From Candidatus Bathyarchaeota archaeon (GTDB lineage: Archaea; Thermoproteota; Bathyarchaeia; Bathyarchaeales; DTEX01), in contig CAVQNT010000007.1 of assembly GCA_963714275.1 (NCBI GenBank), positions 96,001 to 160,000 on the forward strand: 64,000 bases of DNA. The letters run 5' to 3'. A program made the position numbers and the translations under genes. The notes under the pieces were generated by a model. That model did no database searches, was not told the origin of the DNA, and was given only the letters and a program-made list of their open reading frames with translations. Of this stretch, positions 54,724-64,000 are shown in pieces; the first letter of the stretch is position 1; each line of letters opens with the position of its first letter.

Positions 54724-56058
54724 TTATCGGAGTATTTGTCCTTGTCCTGGGCTTGCTGTGATTTCGCCGTTGTCCATGACTAAGTGTCCATTAACAAAGG
54801 TCTTGACTGGTTTTCCCTTCACTTTCCATCCGTCGAACGGAGAGAATTTGGCTTTAGAGAAAAATCGTGAGGAGTCAATCTTCCATTCGTTCTTCAAGTC
54901 GACCACCACAAAATCAGCTGAACATCCCTCTTTCAGTTCACCCTTGTCTTTTATGCCAAAAATCTTCGCGGGTCTTTCAGAGGTCATCTGAACCAGTTTT
55001 TGTAGAGACAACAAGCCTTTGTTGACTTGGGTCAGCATAAGCGGAAGCAACGTTTCTAAGCCTGCGATGCCTGGAGCAACTTGCCAGATTTCGGCTTTTT
55101 GCTTATCATTTATTCCATGTGGAGCATGGTCCGATGCTATAATGTCGATTACGCCATCCTTAAGATTGGATTGAAGCGAATGGATGTCACTGTTGGACCT
55201 TAATGGAGGATTAGTCAGACCGATCGGACCGAGTTTTTTCATGTCGCTGGACGACAATAGAAGATGGTGGGGAGTAACCTCGCATGTTACTGGTAAACCT
55301 GTTTGCTTAGCTATTTTTATTGATTTAAGGCTTTTTGCTGTGCTAACGTGACAGAAATGAATCCTAGCCCCACTTTTTCGGGTTATTTCTACTGCTCGGT
55401 TTGTTGCTTTCAACTCAATGTCTGGCGAGTGAACCTTAAGGTAGGCTTCGACGCTGTTGTCTTTTTTTTCCTTCATCTCTGAATAAGCCGATTCAATAAG
55501 CTGTCTTTCTTCAGCGTGAATGCACACAGGAACATTCATTTTCTGGATTTCAAAGAATGCCTTTGTTAAGGCTTCATTGTCGTCTGCATCTATTCCGCCA
55601 ATCATTTGTGACATGTACAGCTTGAACGCCTTGGCTCCTTCACGAACAATGTTTTTAATTTCCTCAACGTTATTTGGGAACGCGGATAAAAAGCCGACAT
55701 TGACAATTGCCTTCTTTTCCGCGATGCTCATGCGTTCGCGAAGCGTAGACACATCCATCGTTACTGGCTTGTTGTTTGGCATATCTAAGACGCAAGTTAC
55801 GCCGCCATTTGCTGCTGCAGTTGTTCCTGTGAGGAAATCCTCTTTGTATGCTTGCTCTTGGTCTCTCAGGTGAACATGAGCGTCGATAATTCCGGGTAGG
55901 ACGATTAAACCTTTCACATCAATCTCTTGGGAAGCATTAGGCAGATTGGTTTCCTTTGAAATTTTTATTATGTTGCCTGATTCTACCGCAATGCCTGCCT
56001 TAACGATTTTCCCGTTTTGAAGCAGCTTTGCGTTTTTTATGTTCAAGTCGACTGGCAA
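54724..56058 (-). CDS. pyrC: Dihydroorotase
   Basis: DAHVHLRD, DMPN, HAE, EVTPHH, NPPLR, SDHAPH and SPFDG motifs. Confidence 0.9.
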   Translation of the reverse strand: MPVDLNIKNAKLLQNGKIVKAGIAVESGNIIKISKETNLPNASQEIDVKGLIVLPGIIDAHVHLRDQEQAYKEDFLTGTTAAANGGVTCVLDMPNNKPVTMDVSTLRERMSIAEKKAIVNVGFLSAFPNNVEEIKNIVREGAKAFKLYMSQMIGGIDADDNEALTKAFFEIQKMNVPVCIHAEERQLIESAYSEMKEKKDNSVEAYLKVHSPDIELKATNRAVEITRKSGARIHFCHVSTAKSLKSIKIAKQTGLPVTCEVTPHHLLLSSSDMKKLGPIGLTNPPLRSNSDIHSLQSNLKDGVIDIIASDHAPHGINDKQKAEIWQVAPGIAGLETLLPLMLTQVNKGLLSLQKLVQMTSERPAKIFGIKDKGELKEGCSADFVVVDLKNEWKIDSSRFFSKAKFSPFDGWKVKGKPVKTFVNGHLVMDNGEITASPGQGQILR

Positions 56059-56165
56059 CAGGCTTTACGCTCAAAATAGAATATTGTGTTTTAACTAAAT
56101 AAATCAAACCCGAAAATATGGTCTGGCTTAAAAGAAACTGAATGAAATGATGAAATTGATTTTTC

Positions 56166-56747
56166 TTAGTATTCAGAGTGAGCTGCTTCTGTTCGGCATT
56201 CTTCGCAGAGGAAGCTGCCTTCGAACTCTTTCAGGTTGTCAGACCATACTTCGCAGTTGTCGCAGTATCCTGTTGTGGGCGGAGTTTCCTCCGCTTCGGT
56301 CATGTTCTGGTTTTCTATACGTGCCTGTTCTTGAATTATTTCGATCAGTTCAGGCGTCACTGCGAGGATGTCTTTGCTAGAGATTATGCCTGCTAGGTTG
56401 CCCTTATGCATGACTGCCAGTCTTCGGACGTTGTTTCGGTTCATCCTTCGAGCTGCTTCGCTTATCGTCTGGTCGGAGTCTATTGTAATGACTGGAGCGC
56501 TCATGATTTCCTTTGCAGCTATTTTACTTGGTTGTTTGTCTTTTGCCACGACCCTTTTGACTATGTCAGTTTCGGTTATGATGCCGATGGGTTTCTCGTC
56601 CGCTGTGCTCACAATGATGCAGCCAATCTCGTGTTTATCCATCAATTGGGCAACATTGCTAACGGGTTTTTCCCAAGTGACGGAAACAACTTGACTAGTC
56701 ATAACGTCCTTAACGAGCATTCGAGACCTAATCTCTAAAGCAGCCAA
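56166..56747 (-). CDS. CBS-pair protein with a C-terminal Zn-ribbon
   Basis: Two CBS repeats; GYCDNC...LCEEC. Confidence 0.88.
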   Translation of the reverse strand: MAALEIRSRMLVKDVMTSQVVSVTWEKPVSNVAQLMDKHEIGCIIVSTADEKPIGIITETDIVKRVVAKDKQPSKIAAKEIMSAPVITIDSDQTISEAARRMNRNNVRRLAVMHKGNLAGIISSKDILAVTPELIEIIQEQARIENQNMTEAEETPPTTGYCDNCEVWSDNLKEFEGSFLCEECRTEAAHSEY

Positions 56748-56928
56748 GGTTGTTTTACTCCTTTTTAGACATAATTGTTGAGTTTTCTTTTTAAGCCGTT
56801 ATTTTCCGTCAGGCTCATTTACAAAGAAGGCCCGTATATAACCATTATGGAATCAATGAATCTTCCTGTATATGGCTAGCTAGTGGTCAGAAAGCTAGCT
56901 AACAACAGGCAACCAAGTTTTCATTGCG

Positions 56929-57726
56929 TTATGGGCTTTTTATTATGTTTTTTAGTTGTTTTGCGCTTTTAGCGACTTCTTTGTCCAGTTTTTCGCATGA
57001 AATCTGTCTACTTATGGCTTCGTTTACGAGGTAACCGTCAAACCCTAGCCCCTTAACAGCTTTTATTACATCCGCGACGTTGATGTTCATTTTCTGGTGC
57101 ATCTCCTCATTGGACGGGTCAACGAGGTGCACGAGCTTAATCTTGCCTTCAACCCTCTTCATGTGGTCCATAAGCAGCTCAGTTTTGGGTCTCGCGTTAA
57201 CGTTTTCAACCTCTAAGCATACGCCAACATTCTTTGACCCGACTTCTTCCAAAAATTTTAGAATGCTGTCTGTGTCTGGATATCCGATGTTCATGAACTC
57301 CATCGCGATTTGAATGTCACAGTCCTCTGCGCACGAACCGACTTCTCTATAGAGGTCCACGGTCTTTTTCCATTCTTCCTCACCTTTCGGAGCAGATCCG
57401 CACATGACGACCTTCGCACCAAAGTAAGAAGCAACCTCAACCGACATCTCAAGCTGGTCAAGAAAACTTATTCCCGGCGGCAACGGCCAAGCGGTCGGAG
57501 TCGTAAAACTGGACACCTCGAGACCTAGGGACTCCACCAAGTTCTTAATGTTTTTCTTATCTTCTTTAGTCAAGCCTAAGGGCCAGAATTCTCTGACTTT
57601 TTCGCAGAAATCAACAGCGTCGTATCCGCTTGCCGCCACCCTTTTGATTATAGGATATAAGGAGTCGCTTAGCGTTTTTGTGGGATAACAACTCCAGTAA
57701 ACACGGGTCATAATCGTGGACTTCAA
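56929..57726 (-). CDS. Sugar phosphate isomerase/epimerase (TIM-barrel) family protein
   Basis: GYDAVD, IAME, VGVCLE..N, VHL.D and GFDGYLVNE motifs. Confidence 0.75.
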   Translation of the reverse strand: MKSTIMTRVYWSCYPTKTLSDSLYPIIKRVAASGYDAVDFCEKVREFWPLGLTKEDKKNIKNLVESLGLEVSSFTTPTAWPLPPGISFLDQLEMSVEVASYFGAKVVMCGSAPKGEEEWKKTVDLYREVGSCAEDCDIQIAMEFMNIGYPDTDSILKFLEEVGSKNVGVCLEVENVNARPKTELLMDHMKRVEGKIKLVHLVDPSNEEMHQKMNINVADVIKAVKGLGFDGYLVNEAISRQISCEKLDKEVAKSAKQLKNIIKSP

Positions 57727-57881
57727 CTTTCAGTCACATCCTCTTCATTTTTTATGTAATGTTTTATTAACCTTAAAAGATTGCCATGTTATACTTGATA
57801 ATTCCTCAGTTTTTTCAACCCTGCAATACAGCGTCATTTTCAGCCTTCAGCAAACAAAACGGGTTTCAACTGGAACAGCGT

Positions 57882-60140
57882 CTAACCATCCACAAGAAAA
57901 GGGGAAAGAATGTTATTCAGGGCGTCGTTCATAAGCGTGAGGTACCTTTCCGTGTCATAGCGGACGCTTTCGCCCATCAGCTGCGCCGCGACGACTCGTC
58001 TTTCTGGGCGTTTGTTGTCAGCGTCCAAGATAACGTATTTCACGATTTGGCCTGCGGCAACGTCTAAACCGCGCCTCTGAAGCTGCCTCGCAGCCACGGC
58101 TTGCTGCACGTTTCCAGCGTACTCATCAGGATTTTTGGATATCCGCTTGCTTAAGGCAAGGTCCTCTAAACCGACTTCTTTGTTCAGGATTTTGTTGGCG
58201 TATTTTCTGTAAACACGTAAAGCCTCGGAGATTCTCTGCATGAATTCTTCAGAGTTCTTTGCTTTCGCTAACTCTTGGATAATCTCGTCTTGGCAGCGGC
58301 TGACGACGCTCGGGGTGTCTCCTCGGCGTAGTTCTATGCCTCGGGCTTTAATTTTTCCGTCGTTAAAGACGCCGTAGAACCTGTTCAGCACGGGAACTCC
58401 GAAGTGGGTTTTCGAGGGCAAAAAGACTATCCACCGGTACCGCCCCTCGTAAGATATTGATAAACCTGTTTTTTCGGTGATTTCCCGGCACAGTTCCGTG
58501 AAGTCCGCGTCAGATGCGTTTTCCTTTTTTAGGTAAAGCGAGTCAACGATGCTGTGCACGATTTCGAAGCCCCTCTGCTCCGCTAACTGCGCAGTGTCCA
58601 GCAAGGTTTTACGGGCGAAGGCGCAGGCGGCGTTGAACGCGTCCACCTTGCCGAATCGTGCGTTCCTGTATCCCATGTAGCCGAAGCATGTGCACAGAAT
58701 GATTTTGTAGGCTGCCTGCCGTTGGTCGTGCTTCTTTTTTTCTTCGGGGCTGCTTGTTTTGTCCCTCATCATCTTGTAGTACGCCCGTTTCTTAAGCATC
58801 AATTCCAGAACCTTCGGGATGATTCCTACCCGTTTCTCGCATATGTTGTATCCGAGCTCAGGCACGCGGTTCCTCGAGTCTGGGCAGCACTCGCAGCCTA
58901 TGGTTTCGGGGCTGATGTTCTTCTTCAGCATAAGCGTGGGGTACATGCTTGAAAAGTCGATTTCGCCCACGTTGTCGTGGATGCCGAGTTTGGGTTCAAA
59001 GTAGAATCCGCCTCGGTCAGCCGTCAGCAGGTCCCGGGCGTTCTTGAAGTTTTCAGGTTCGCTTTTCTTCCAGGGAACCAGAACGTCGTCTTTGTGGGCT
59101 TGGTAGAGCTGAACTGACTTCATGCTGGTTCCGATGGTCACTCTGGAGGCGCTGTGAAGCGGTATTCGGCACGTTCTGGCAATTTCGACGAGTCCTTCCA
59201 GACCGTAACGTGCGTAGAAGCCTGAGTTTTCGAGGTCGATGTGCAGCCTTCCGAGAAGCCTCTGCGGCGCAGCGCGGTAGTAGACGCGCCCGTACGAAAA
59301 ATACGTTGTTCCCTTCTTCTGTACGAATTCAAGGCCTGCCTTTTCGCGCCCCAGCTCCGACTCCCGTAACACGCCGTTTTTGAGCGCCCTCCTCGCCAAG
59401 TACGTGAACAGAAAAGTGTCTCCGCCTTCCGAAAGGACGATGTCAGGGTCATGCTCCCGAATCGTTTTCACGAGCGCCAAGATTTTTTCTCCTTCATCAG
59501 AAGAATTGATGGTTGCCTGTTCGCCGTCGGTTTCCACCAGAAGCTCAGCAATTGGGTCCTCGAAGGTTGGGAGGGCGCCTTCGCTGGCAATCTTGGCTGA
59601 GAGCTTAACGGTTTTCAGACGCGGAATCCTGTAATCCACGCTTTCCGTGGAGTCCATCAGCTTCCAGGAGACGTTGCCTTTTTCCGCTTTAGCTTCCACA
59701 AGGGCGAAGGGGAAGAGGTCTTTTTCGTACAGGTACATTTGTGGAAGAGGAGTGTCCACGTTCCAAAGCCTGTATTTCTTGTAGTCGCCCAGCCTCCACA
59801 CAATGCCCGTTAGGAACCTTAGGCTGGCTGCGTCTGGAACCGTTATCCTAAGCACTTTTGTCCGTTCGCTGTCTTGGAGTCCAACGAACTTTTCCACGAA
59901 CTCGCATTCAGCCGCAACCTCGTTCTTGGGCAGATACCAAGTTAACTTTAGCAGGTCTTCTTCGGTTGGCGCAGAAACGTAAAAGTACGGTTTCCACTTG
60001 TCCACGATTTTTAGGCATTGGCCTTTTTCGGTTTTGATCCAGACTGCCATCTCTCCCGTTTTTTCTGGGTAAAGGTCCAGTATCCAGCCTTTGACTGATC
60101 CGTCATTGCTGGGGCTGAAGGGTTGACTTGAATCTTTCAA
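57882..60140 (-). CDS. polB2: Family B DNA polymerase, PolB2 type
   Basis: IDFSSMYP, K....T.FGY and the altered motif C HSIVDS; operon with a small helical gene and a RadA-like gene. Confidence 0.9.
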   Translation of the reverse strand: MKDSSQPFSPSNDGSVKGWILDLYPEKTGEMAVWIKTEKGQCLKIVDKWKPYFYVSAPTEEDLLKLTWYLPKNEVAAECEFVEKFVGLQDSERTKVLRITVPDAASLRFLTGIVWRLGDYKKYRLWNVDTPLPQMYLYEKDLFPFALVEAKAEKGNVSWKLMDSTESVDYRIPRLKTVKLSAKIASEGALPTFEDPIAELLVETDGEQATINSSDEGEKILALVKTIREHDPDIVLSEGGDTFLFTYLARRALKNGVLRESELGREKAGLEFVQKKGTTYFSYGRVYYRAAPQRLLGRLHIDLENSGFYARYGLEGLVEIARTCRIPLHSASRVTIGTSMKSVQLYQAHKDDVLVPWKKSEPENFKNARDLLTADRGGFYFEPKLGIHDNVGEIDFSSMYPTLMLKKNISPETIGCECCPDSRNRVPELGYNICEKRVGIIPKVLELMLKKRAYYKMMRDKTSSPEEKKKHDQRQAAYKIILCTCFGYMGYRNARFGKVDAFNAACAFARKTLLDTAQLAEQRGFEIVHSIVDSLYLKKENASDADFTELCREITEKTGLSISYEGRYRWIVFLPSKTHFGVPVLNRFYGVFNDGKIKARGIELRRGDTPSVVSRCQDEIIQELAKAKNSEEFMQRISEALRVYRKYANKILNKEVGLEDLALSKRISKNPDEYAGNVQQAVAARQLQRRGLDVAAGQIVKYVILDADNKRPERRVVAAQLMGESVRYDTERYLTLMNDALNNILSPFLVDG

Positions 60141-60375
60141 GGGCGGCTTTGAACTCCTTCAGGTTTTTTTGGTGGCTGAGAAGGATGGACATGAACATGG
60201 CTTCGGTTATGACAGGTCTGGTGGCGGCTCCAGCGGCTGAGGCGTAGCTTCTGCAGGCGTTCATCAGTTCCTCAAACGCGTCCCTGTCTTCTTTGCGGAG
60301 CGCCTTCAGGAAGGCTTCCCACTTCTGGATTTCTCTTTCTAGGATCATGCGGTAAGAAGGGATGGTTCTGCCCAA
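60103..60375 (-). CDS. Small PolB2-associated protein (arCOG07300-like)
   Basis: MGRTIPSYR...W..F.KALRKEDR.AF. Confidence 0.85.
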   Translation of the reverse strand: MGRTIPSYRMILEREIQKWEAFLKALRKEDRDAFEELMNACRSYASAAGAATRPVITEAMFMSILLSHQKNLKEFKAALERFKSTLQPQQ

Positions 60376-60378
60376 CGC

Positions 60379-61125
60379 TTAAACCTCCATGAACTCTTCC
60401 AGCAGAAACTGGTTCTTCGGCTCGTCGAAAAGCAGTTCAACGGACACGGCGGGTTTAGACGGATGTTTCTCCAGCGTTAACTTTACGTGCGGGTTTCCTT
60501 CCTCAATCTTGGCTGCGACGTCGGACCGTCCGAGAAGGTACTGTTCAAGCAGCCGCTTCCGCCAGTTCGCGGAGGAAAAAGAGGTGACCACCAGAAGAAG
60601 GTTCCTTTCTCTTGCCAGGTTCCAGAGGAAACAGACGACGCGGTTAAACGTTCTCTTCGCCTCGAACAATCCAATGTCAGAGTCGCAGTACAGGGCGGCG
60701 ACGTCCGAAACCACGACGAGTTTCGGCTTCATCCGGTTGAGGATTTCGGGAAGTTTCTCAGCTATCAGGGCGGTGAGCTGGTAGCTCGTGAACGCTCTGG
60801 AAACCCAGATGTTTTTCAGGGTTTCCTCGGGGTCCAGCCCCAGCAGACGCGCGTTTTCAGAGATTAGATACGGGTCGAAGCGGTTGCAGCCGTCGATGAA
60901 GACCGCGGACGAGCCTAACCCGCCTTCAACGTTGGGAAGCTGGCTTCGGACGCACAGCAGCTCCGAGAGGACGTGGCACATTTGTGAGCCGTGTAAGACG
61001 GCGAGTTCTCCCATTTTCAGTCGCCCGAAAAGTTTGTCTATGATTTCGACGCCGAAGGTTAAGGACTCCGCGCCATGGACGGCTGTTTGGTGAACGCCCG
61101 TGAATGGTATGTTGAGCTTCAGCAT
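60379..61125 (-). CDS. Inactivated RadA-like protein of the PolB2 operon
   Basis: FIDGCNRFDPY and SRAFTSYQL; degenerate Walker A. Confidence 0.85.
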   Translation of the reverse strand: MLKLNIPFTGVHQTAVHGAESLTFGVEIIDKLFGRLKMGELAVLHGSQMCHVLSELLCVRSQLPNVEGGLGSSAVFIDGCNRFDPYLISENARLLGLDPEETLKNIWVSRAFTSYQLTALIAEKLPEILNRMKPKLVVVSDVAALYCDSDIGLFEAKRTFNRVVCFLWNLARERNLLLVVTSFSSANWRKRLLEQYLLGRSDVAAKIEEGNPHVKLTLEKHPSKPAVSVELLFDEPKNQFLLEEFMEV

Positions 61126-61229
61126 ATCTTCTTCCTTCTGGGGGATGGGGAAATCTAGCGTGCACCTAGCTCGGCAAAAAACGTATTTAAAAGGTCTGTG
61201 CGCACAAGGGGAGAGGGGGATGCAGACGG

Positions 61230-62189
61230 TTAGAGCCTGTCTTCCTCTAGGTTAACTAAGACTTCCTCTATGTTTCTGAACATTTGGTTTGGCAGTTTTT
61301 CTAGCAATGTTGAGGCGTGAACCCGCTTTTTCTGTGTCAGGTCTATGATTTTCCAGCCTTGCTTGTTTACGAGCTCCTCTTTTGTTGCTGGAAACTCTGC
61401 GTCTTCCAGCAAGACTTTTCTAAGAGACTGTTGTCCCGTTGCTCCGGTTGCTGTTGTGAATTGTCCCGTTTCTTTGAAGACTCTGAATCGGGATGCGTCT
61501 TTATACATTTTGACGTTGTGGAACGACACGACGACCGTTGAGGAGATGCTCTTAGCGATTTTCTGGTCGATCTCGCCCAGTTCCTCGTCAGTAAACTGGT
61601 AGACGTTGTGTTGTCCTTTACCGAAAACCCGCGTATATAGAATGTCAGACTCAAAAGCTGGGTTCTCCCTCGAAAGGTCAACGCTGTGAACTATGCCTTG
61701 GTCGCTCATCAATTCGATCAGGTCTCGCGGAATGTTTTCACCTTCATTTTGCCTGACTTCCCAAACAAGCTTGGTTCCTTGATGATTTACGCTGTTCAGA
61801 AAGTTTTTTACAGCATCTATCTTTTTGGTGCTGAAACGGGTTCTGGCTGGAGTCTCCAACACTAAAAACTTTGCCTTTAATACTTCGCAGACTTCGGTCA
61901 TGACGTTGAAGGTTTTTATGGCTTCTTCGGTTGGCTCCATCTCGTAAGTATGTGTTACGTCCTTGTGGCAACGGATAGCAAACTCGAAATCGCGCGGAAC
62001 CCTTTCTCTCCAAGATTCAACTAGTTCAGCGCTTGGAACCTTGTAGAATGTTGAGTTTACCTCGACGAAGTTGAAGGCTCTCGCGTACGCCTCTAACGAT
62101 TTTAAGCCGGGAATCTGGAAGTAAGCCCATCCGCCGGTGCCTATGAGGAGTTCCGCAATCTTCTCGTCACTGTTAATTACGTGCAACAA
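61230..62189 (-). CDS. DUF72 family protein
   Basis: IGTGGW, VEVNSTFY, WEVR and YTRVFG motifs. Confidence 0.88.
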   Translation of the reverse strand: MLHVINSDEKIAELLIGTGGWAYFQIPGLKSLEAYARAFNFVEVNSTFYKVPSAELVESWRERVPRDFEFAIRCHKDVTHTYEMEPTEEAIKTFNVMTEVCEVLKAKFLVLETPARTRFSTKKIDAVKNFLNSVNHQGTKLVWEVRQNEGENIPRDLIELMSDQGIVHSVDLSRENPAFESDILYTRVFGKGQHNVYQFTDEELGEIDQKIAKSISSTVVVSFHNVKMYKDASRFRVFKETGQFTTATGATGQQSLRKVLLEDAEFPATKEELVNKQGWKIIDLTQKKRVHASTLLEKLPNQMFRNIEEVLVNLEEDRL

Positions 62190-62259
62190 ATATTTTTCCC
62201 TAAAATATTAAAGCAATGTTTCATTTAAATCATATAAGTATATTCAGGAGTGAAAGGGC

Positions 62260-63771
62260 GTGCATCACGAAATGATCTTAAAGCTTCGAAAACTTCAATC
62301 AATCTTCGTTGTATTATTGATTTGCCTAACTTTCCCAACGTTTACATCAGTCCGCTTAACGGAAGGACAAATAGAACAAAATTACACTTACTATGGCGTT
62401 GTGCCCTCAAAAATTTACGTATATACACTTAATGACGTGAACAACCTAACCTCAGGATGGATACTGGGAAACGAAACTGCACTTAACACGGGGTCTCCAT
62501 TTCATAATGGCTTCACAGTTGCCTTGAAATCAATGCTTGCGATCGTTGCCTCTGAGGATGACACCAATATAGAAATTTTTGATCTATCGACAAGCAATCG
62601 GATTTCCTAAGATCATTTGAATGGCATGGGGAAGCTCCTTGTTTTACTCGATAATGGCACGCAATTTAAAGTAGTCTCAGACAAGATGATTTCTGTTATG
62701 CTTTTGAATTATCAACAGAATCCTCCCGACAATGTTCAGGAGGGACCGCTGCCCCACACCTTTTATCCGTCTATTAATGGCTTATATGTTGACAAAGAAT
62801 TCGTGTTGATGGCTTCTGAACAAACAGCCACTATTCCAAACACGCTTTACACGATACTGACAATAGAAAGGTCCACAGTCACTGTTACTGATGACGAAGG
62901 CAACCAAAATTCGTATGTTCTTGATGCCAACTTTTACAAGTATTTGATGTTTGAACCCTTCAGAGTTTACATAATTGAATCGACAGGCAACATCATGGTG
63001 CAGTCAGGCATAATATTGTCTGCTTTGGGAGGAGCCAACTACAGAAATTCTTATCCTGCGCCTTCAGCTGAAGGAGGATTCGTCGGAAAGTTCTTCTTTG
63101 CAAGGTCAGAAACTGACTGGTACGCTGGAATGGATTATGGATACCTAGCATTGGCTTCTGAGGACACACAGGTGAAAGTGTTTGATCTTGACTCAAAACA
63201 AGTGATAAATGACTTTTCGGTACAAGGAGGAAGCGGAGTCTGGTTCAAACCTTTAGCAAACACCATAGCCGTGCAGAGCGACAAACCAATCACGCTGACG
63301 TTCATCAACAACGGCACCATCCAACAAAATCCAATAAAGTACGGCGTAGGAGTAATGTTCGTCGGCATTCAACCAACCGAAGACACTATGATTTATTTGC
63401 CCACAGCAGCGTACATCGAGGCATACTTCTTCGCAAACGAGGTAACCCAACTGACAATTGACGGTTACACCCAAACAATTCAAGCGGATTCCAGCATTCT
63501 ATACACATTGCCGGGAATTCACATGGTCAGTTCCGACGCCAACGTCGTTCTGCAAATTAACTTCTGGTCGAACGAACCTGAATACCAAGGTCTCTGGTTC
63601 ACTGGCGCAGCAATATCGTGCATCGAAACAGTGGACGCTGTCCCAACTGTAACGTTGACGCCTATTGAGGGCTTTCCGATCATATATGTAGTAATTGGAG
63701 CAGTTGTTGCTGGAGTCGCTGCAATTGTCGGCATTGTAGTAATGAGAAGACGCGGCGGCAAACCCAACTAG
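62260..63771 (+). CDS. Surface protein with a signal peptide and C-terminal transmembrane anchor; in-frame TAA at 62608-62610
   Basis: ORFs 62260-62610 and 62617-63771 share a frame; repeated ASEDT and SDKPI motifs (IgGFc-binding-like). Confidence 0.65.
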
Positions 63772-64000
63772 AGCACTCAAAGGTCTCAACTCATAAAATT
63801 CATGAAGAGATTAAAGACGATTCGAAATATTATTCAATATTGGAACTATGATTTTTTTAAAGAAGGGAAGAATTTGTCAGGACTGCTCTTTGGCACAAGT
63901 GACTGGTCACATAAATATAAACTCTAATGTCATACAAAACAGACTAGACAATTTCATAGGCACTAATGATGAGATGATGGATTCATTTTGATAAATAAGA

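Noticed and set aside
57882-60140. PolB as the casposon polymerase
   Set aside because: It lies outside the terminal repeats, beyond core genes, and has the standard PolB2 motifs and operon.
62608-62610. Stop-codon recoding in the surface protein
   Set aside because: The codon is TAA, not TGA or TAG; a sequencing error or nonsense mutation is more likely.

Overview
Archaeal chromosomal window. The gene set (proteasome beta, archaeal TPI, ABCE1, Cgi121, PolB2 operon) is TACK-like, probably Bathyarchaeia; that assignment is inference. Housekeeping blocks (1-2.4 kb, 7.9-24.7 kb, 53.5-64 kb) flank two accessory regions. (1) A 4.8-kb tyrosine-integrase element at 2590-7400 splits a nitroreductase gene at a 7-bp ACCAAGG direct repeat and carries HEPN- and PIN-like cargo. 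(2) A ~28-kb mosaic island (~25.0-53.4 kb) holds an orphan TIR effector, two SnoaL genes, a tetritol-catabolism-like cluster, SppA/SecE, a QueG/RdhA-like Fe-S protein and a second integrase. The most striking signal is a 4.4-kb solo-Cas1 element (47209-51639). It has no cas2, CRISPR array or PolB. It is bounded by telomere-like (CCCAAA)n/(TTTGGG)n inverted ends and an identical 15-bp near-palindrome, GATTAAAATTTAATC, on both sides. The same end motif recurs at five to seven other sites, and four decayed cas1 3' ends each precede a different cargo gene and then an end motif. This suggests a PolB-less casposon-like family that inserts repeatedly and carries a variable cargo slot. Many conserved genes have single-base frameshifts, probably assembly errors. 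Family assignments come from motif recognition only; no searches were run.
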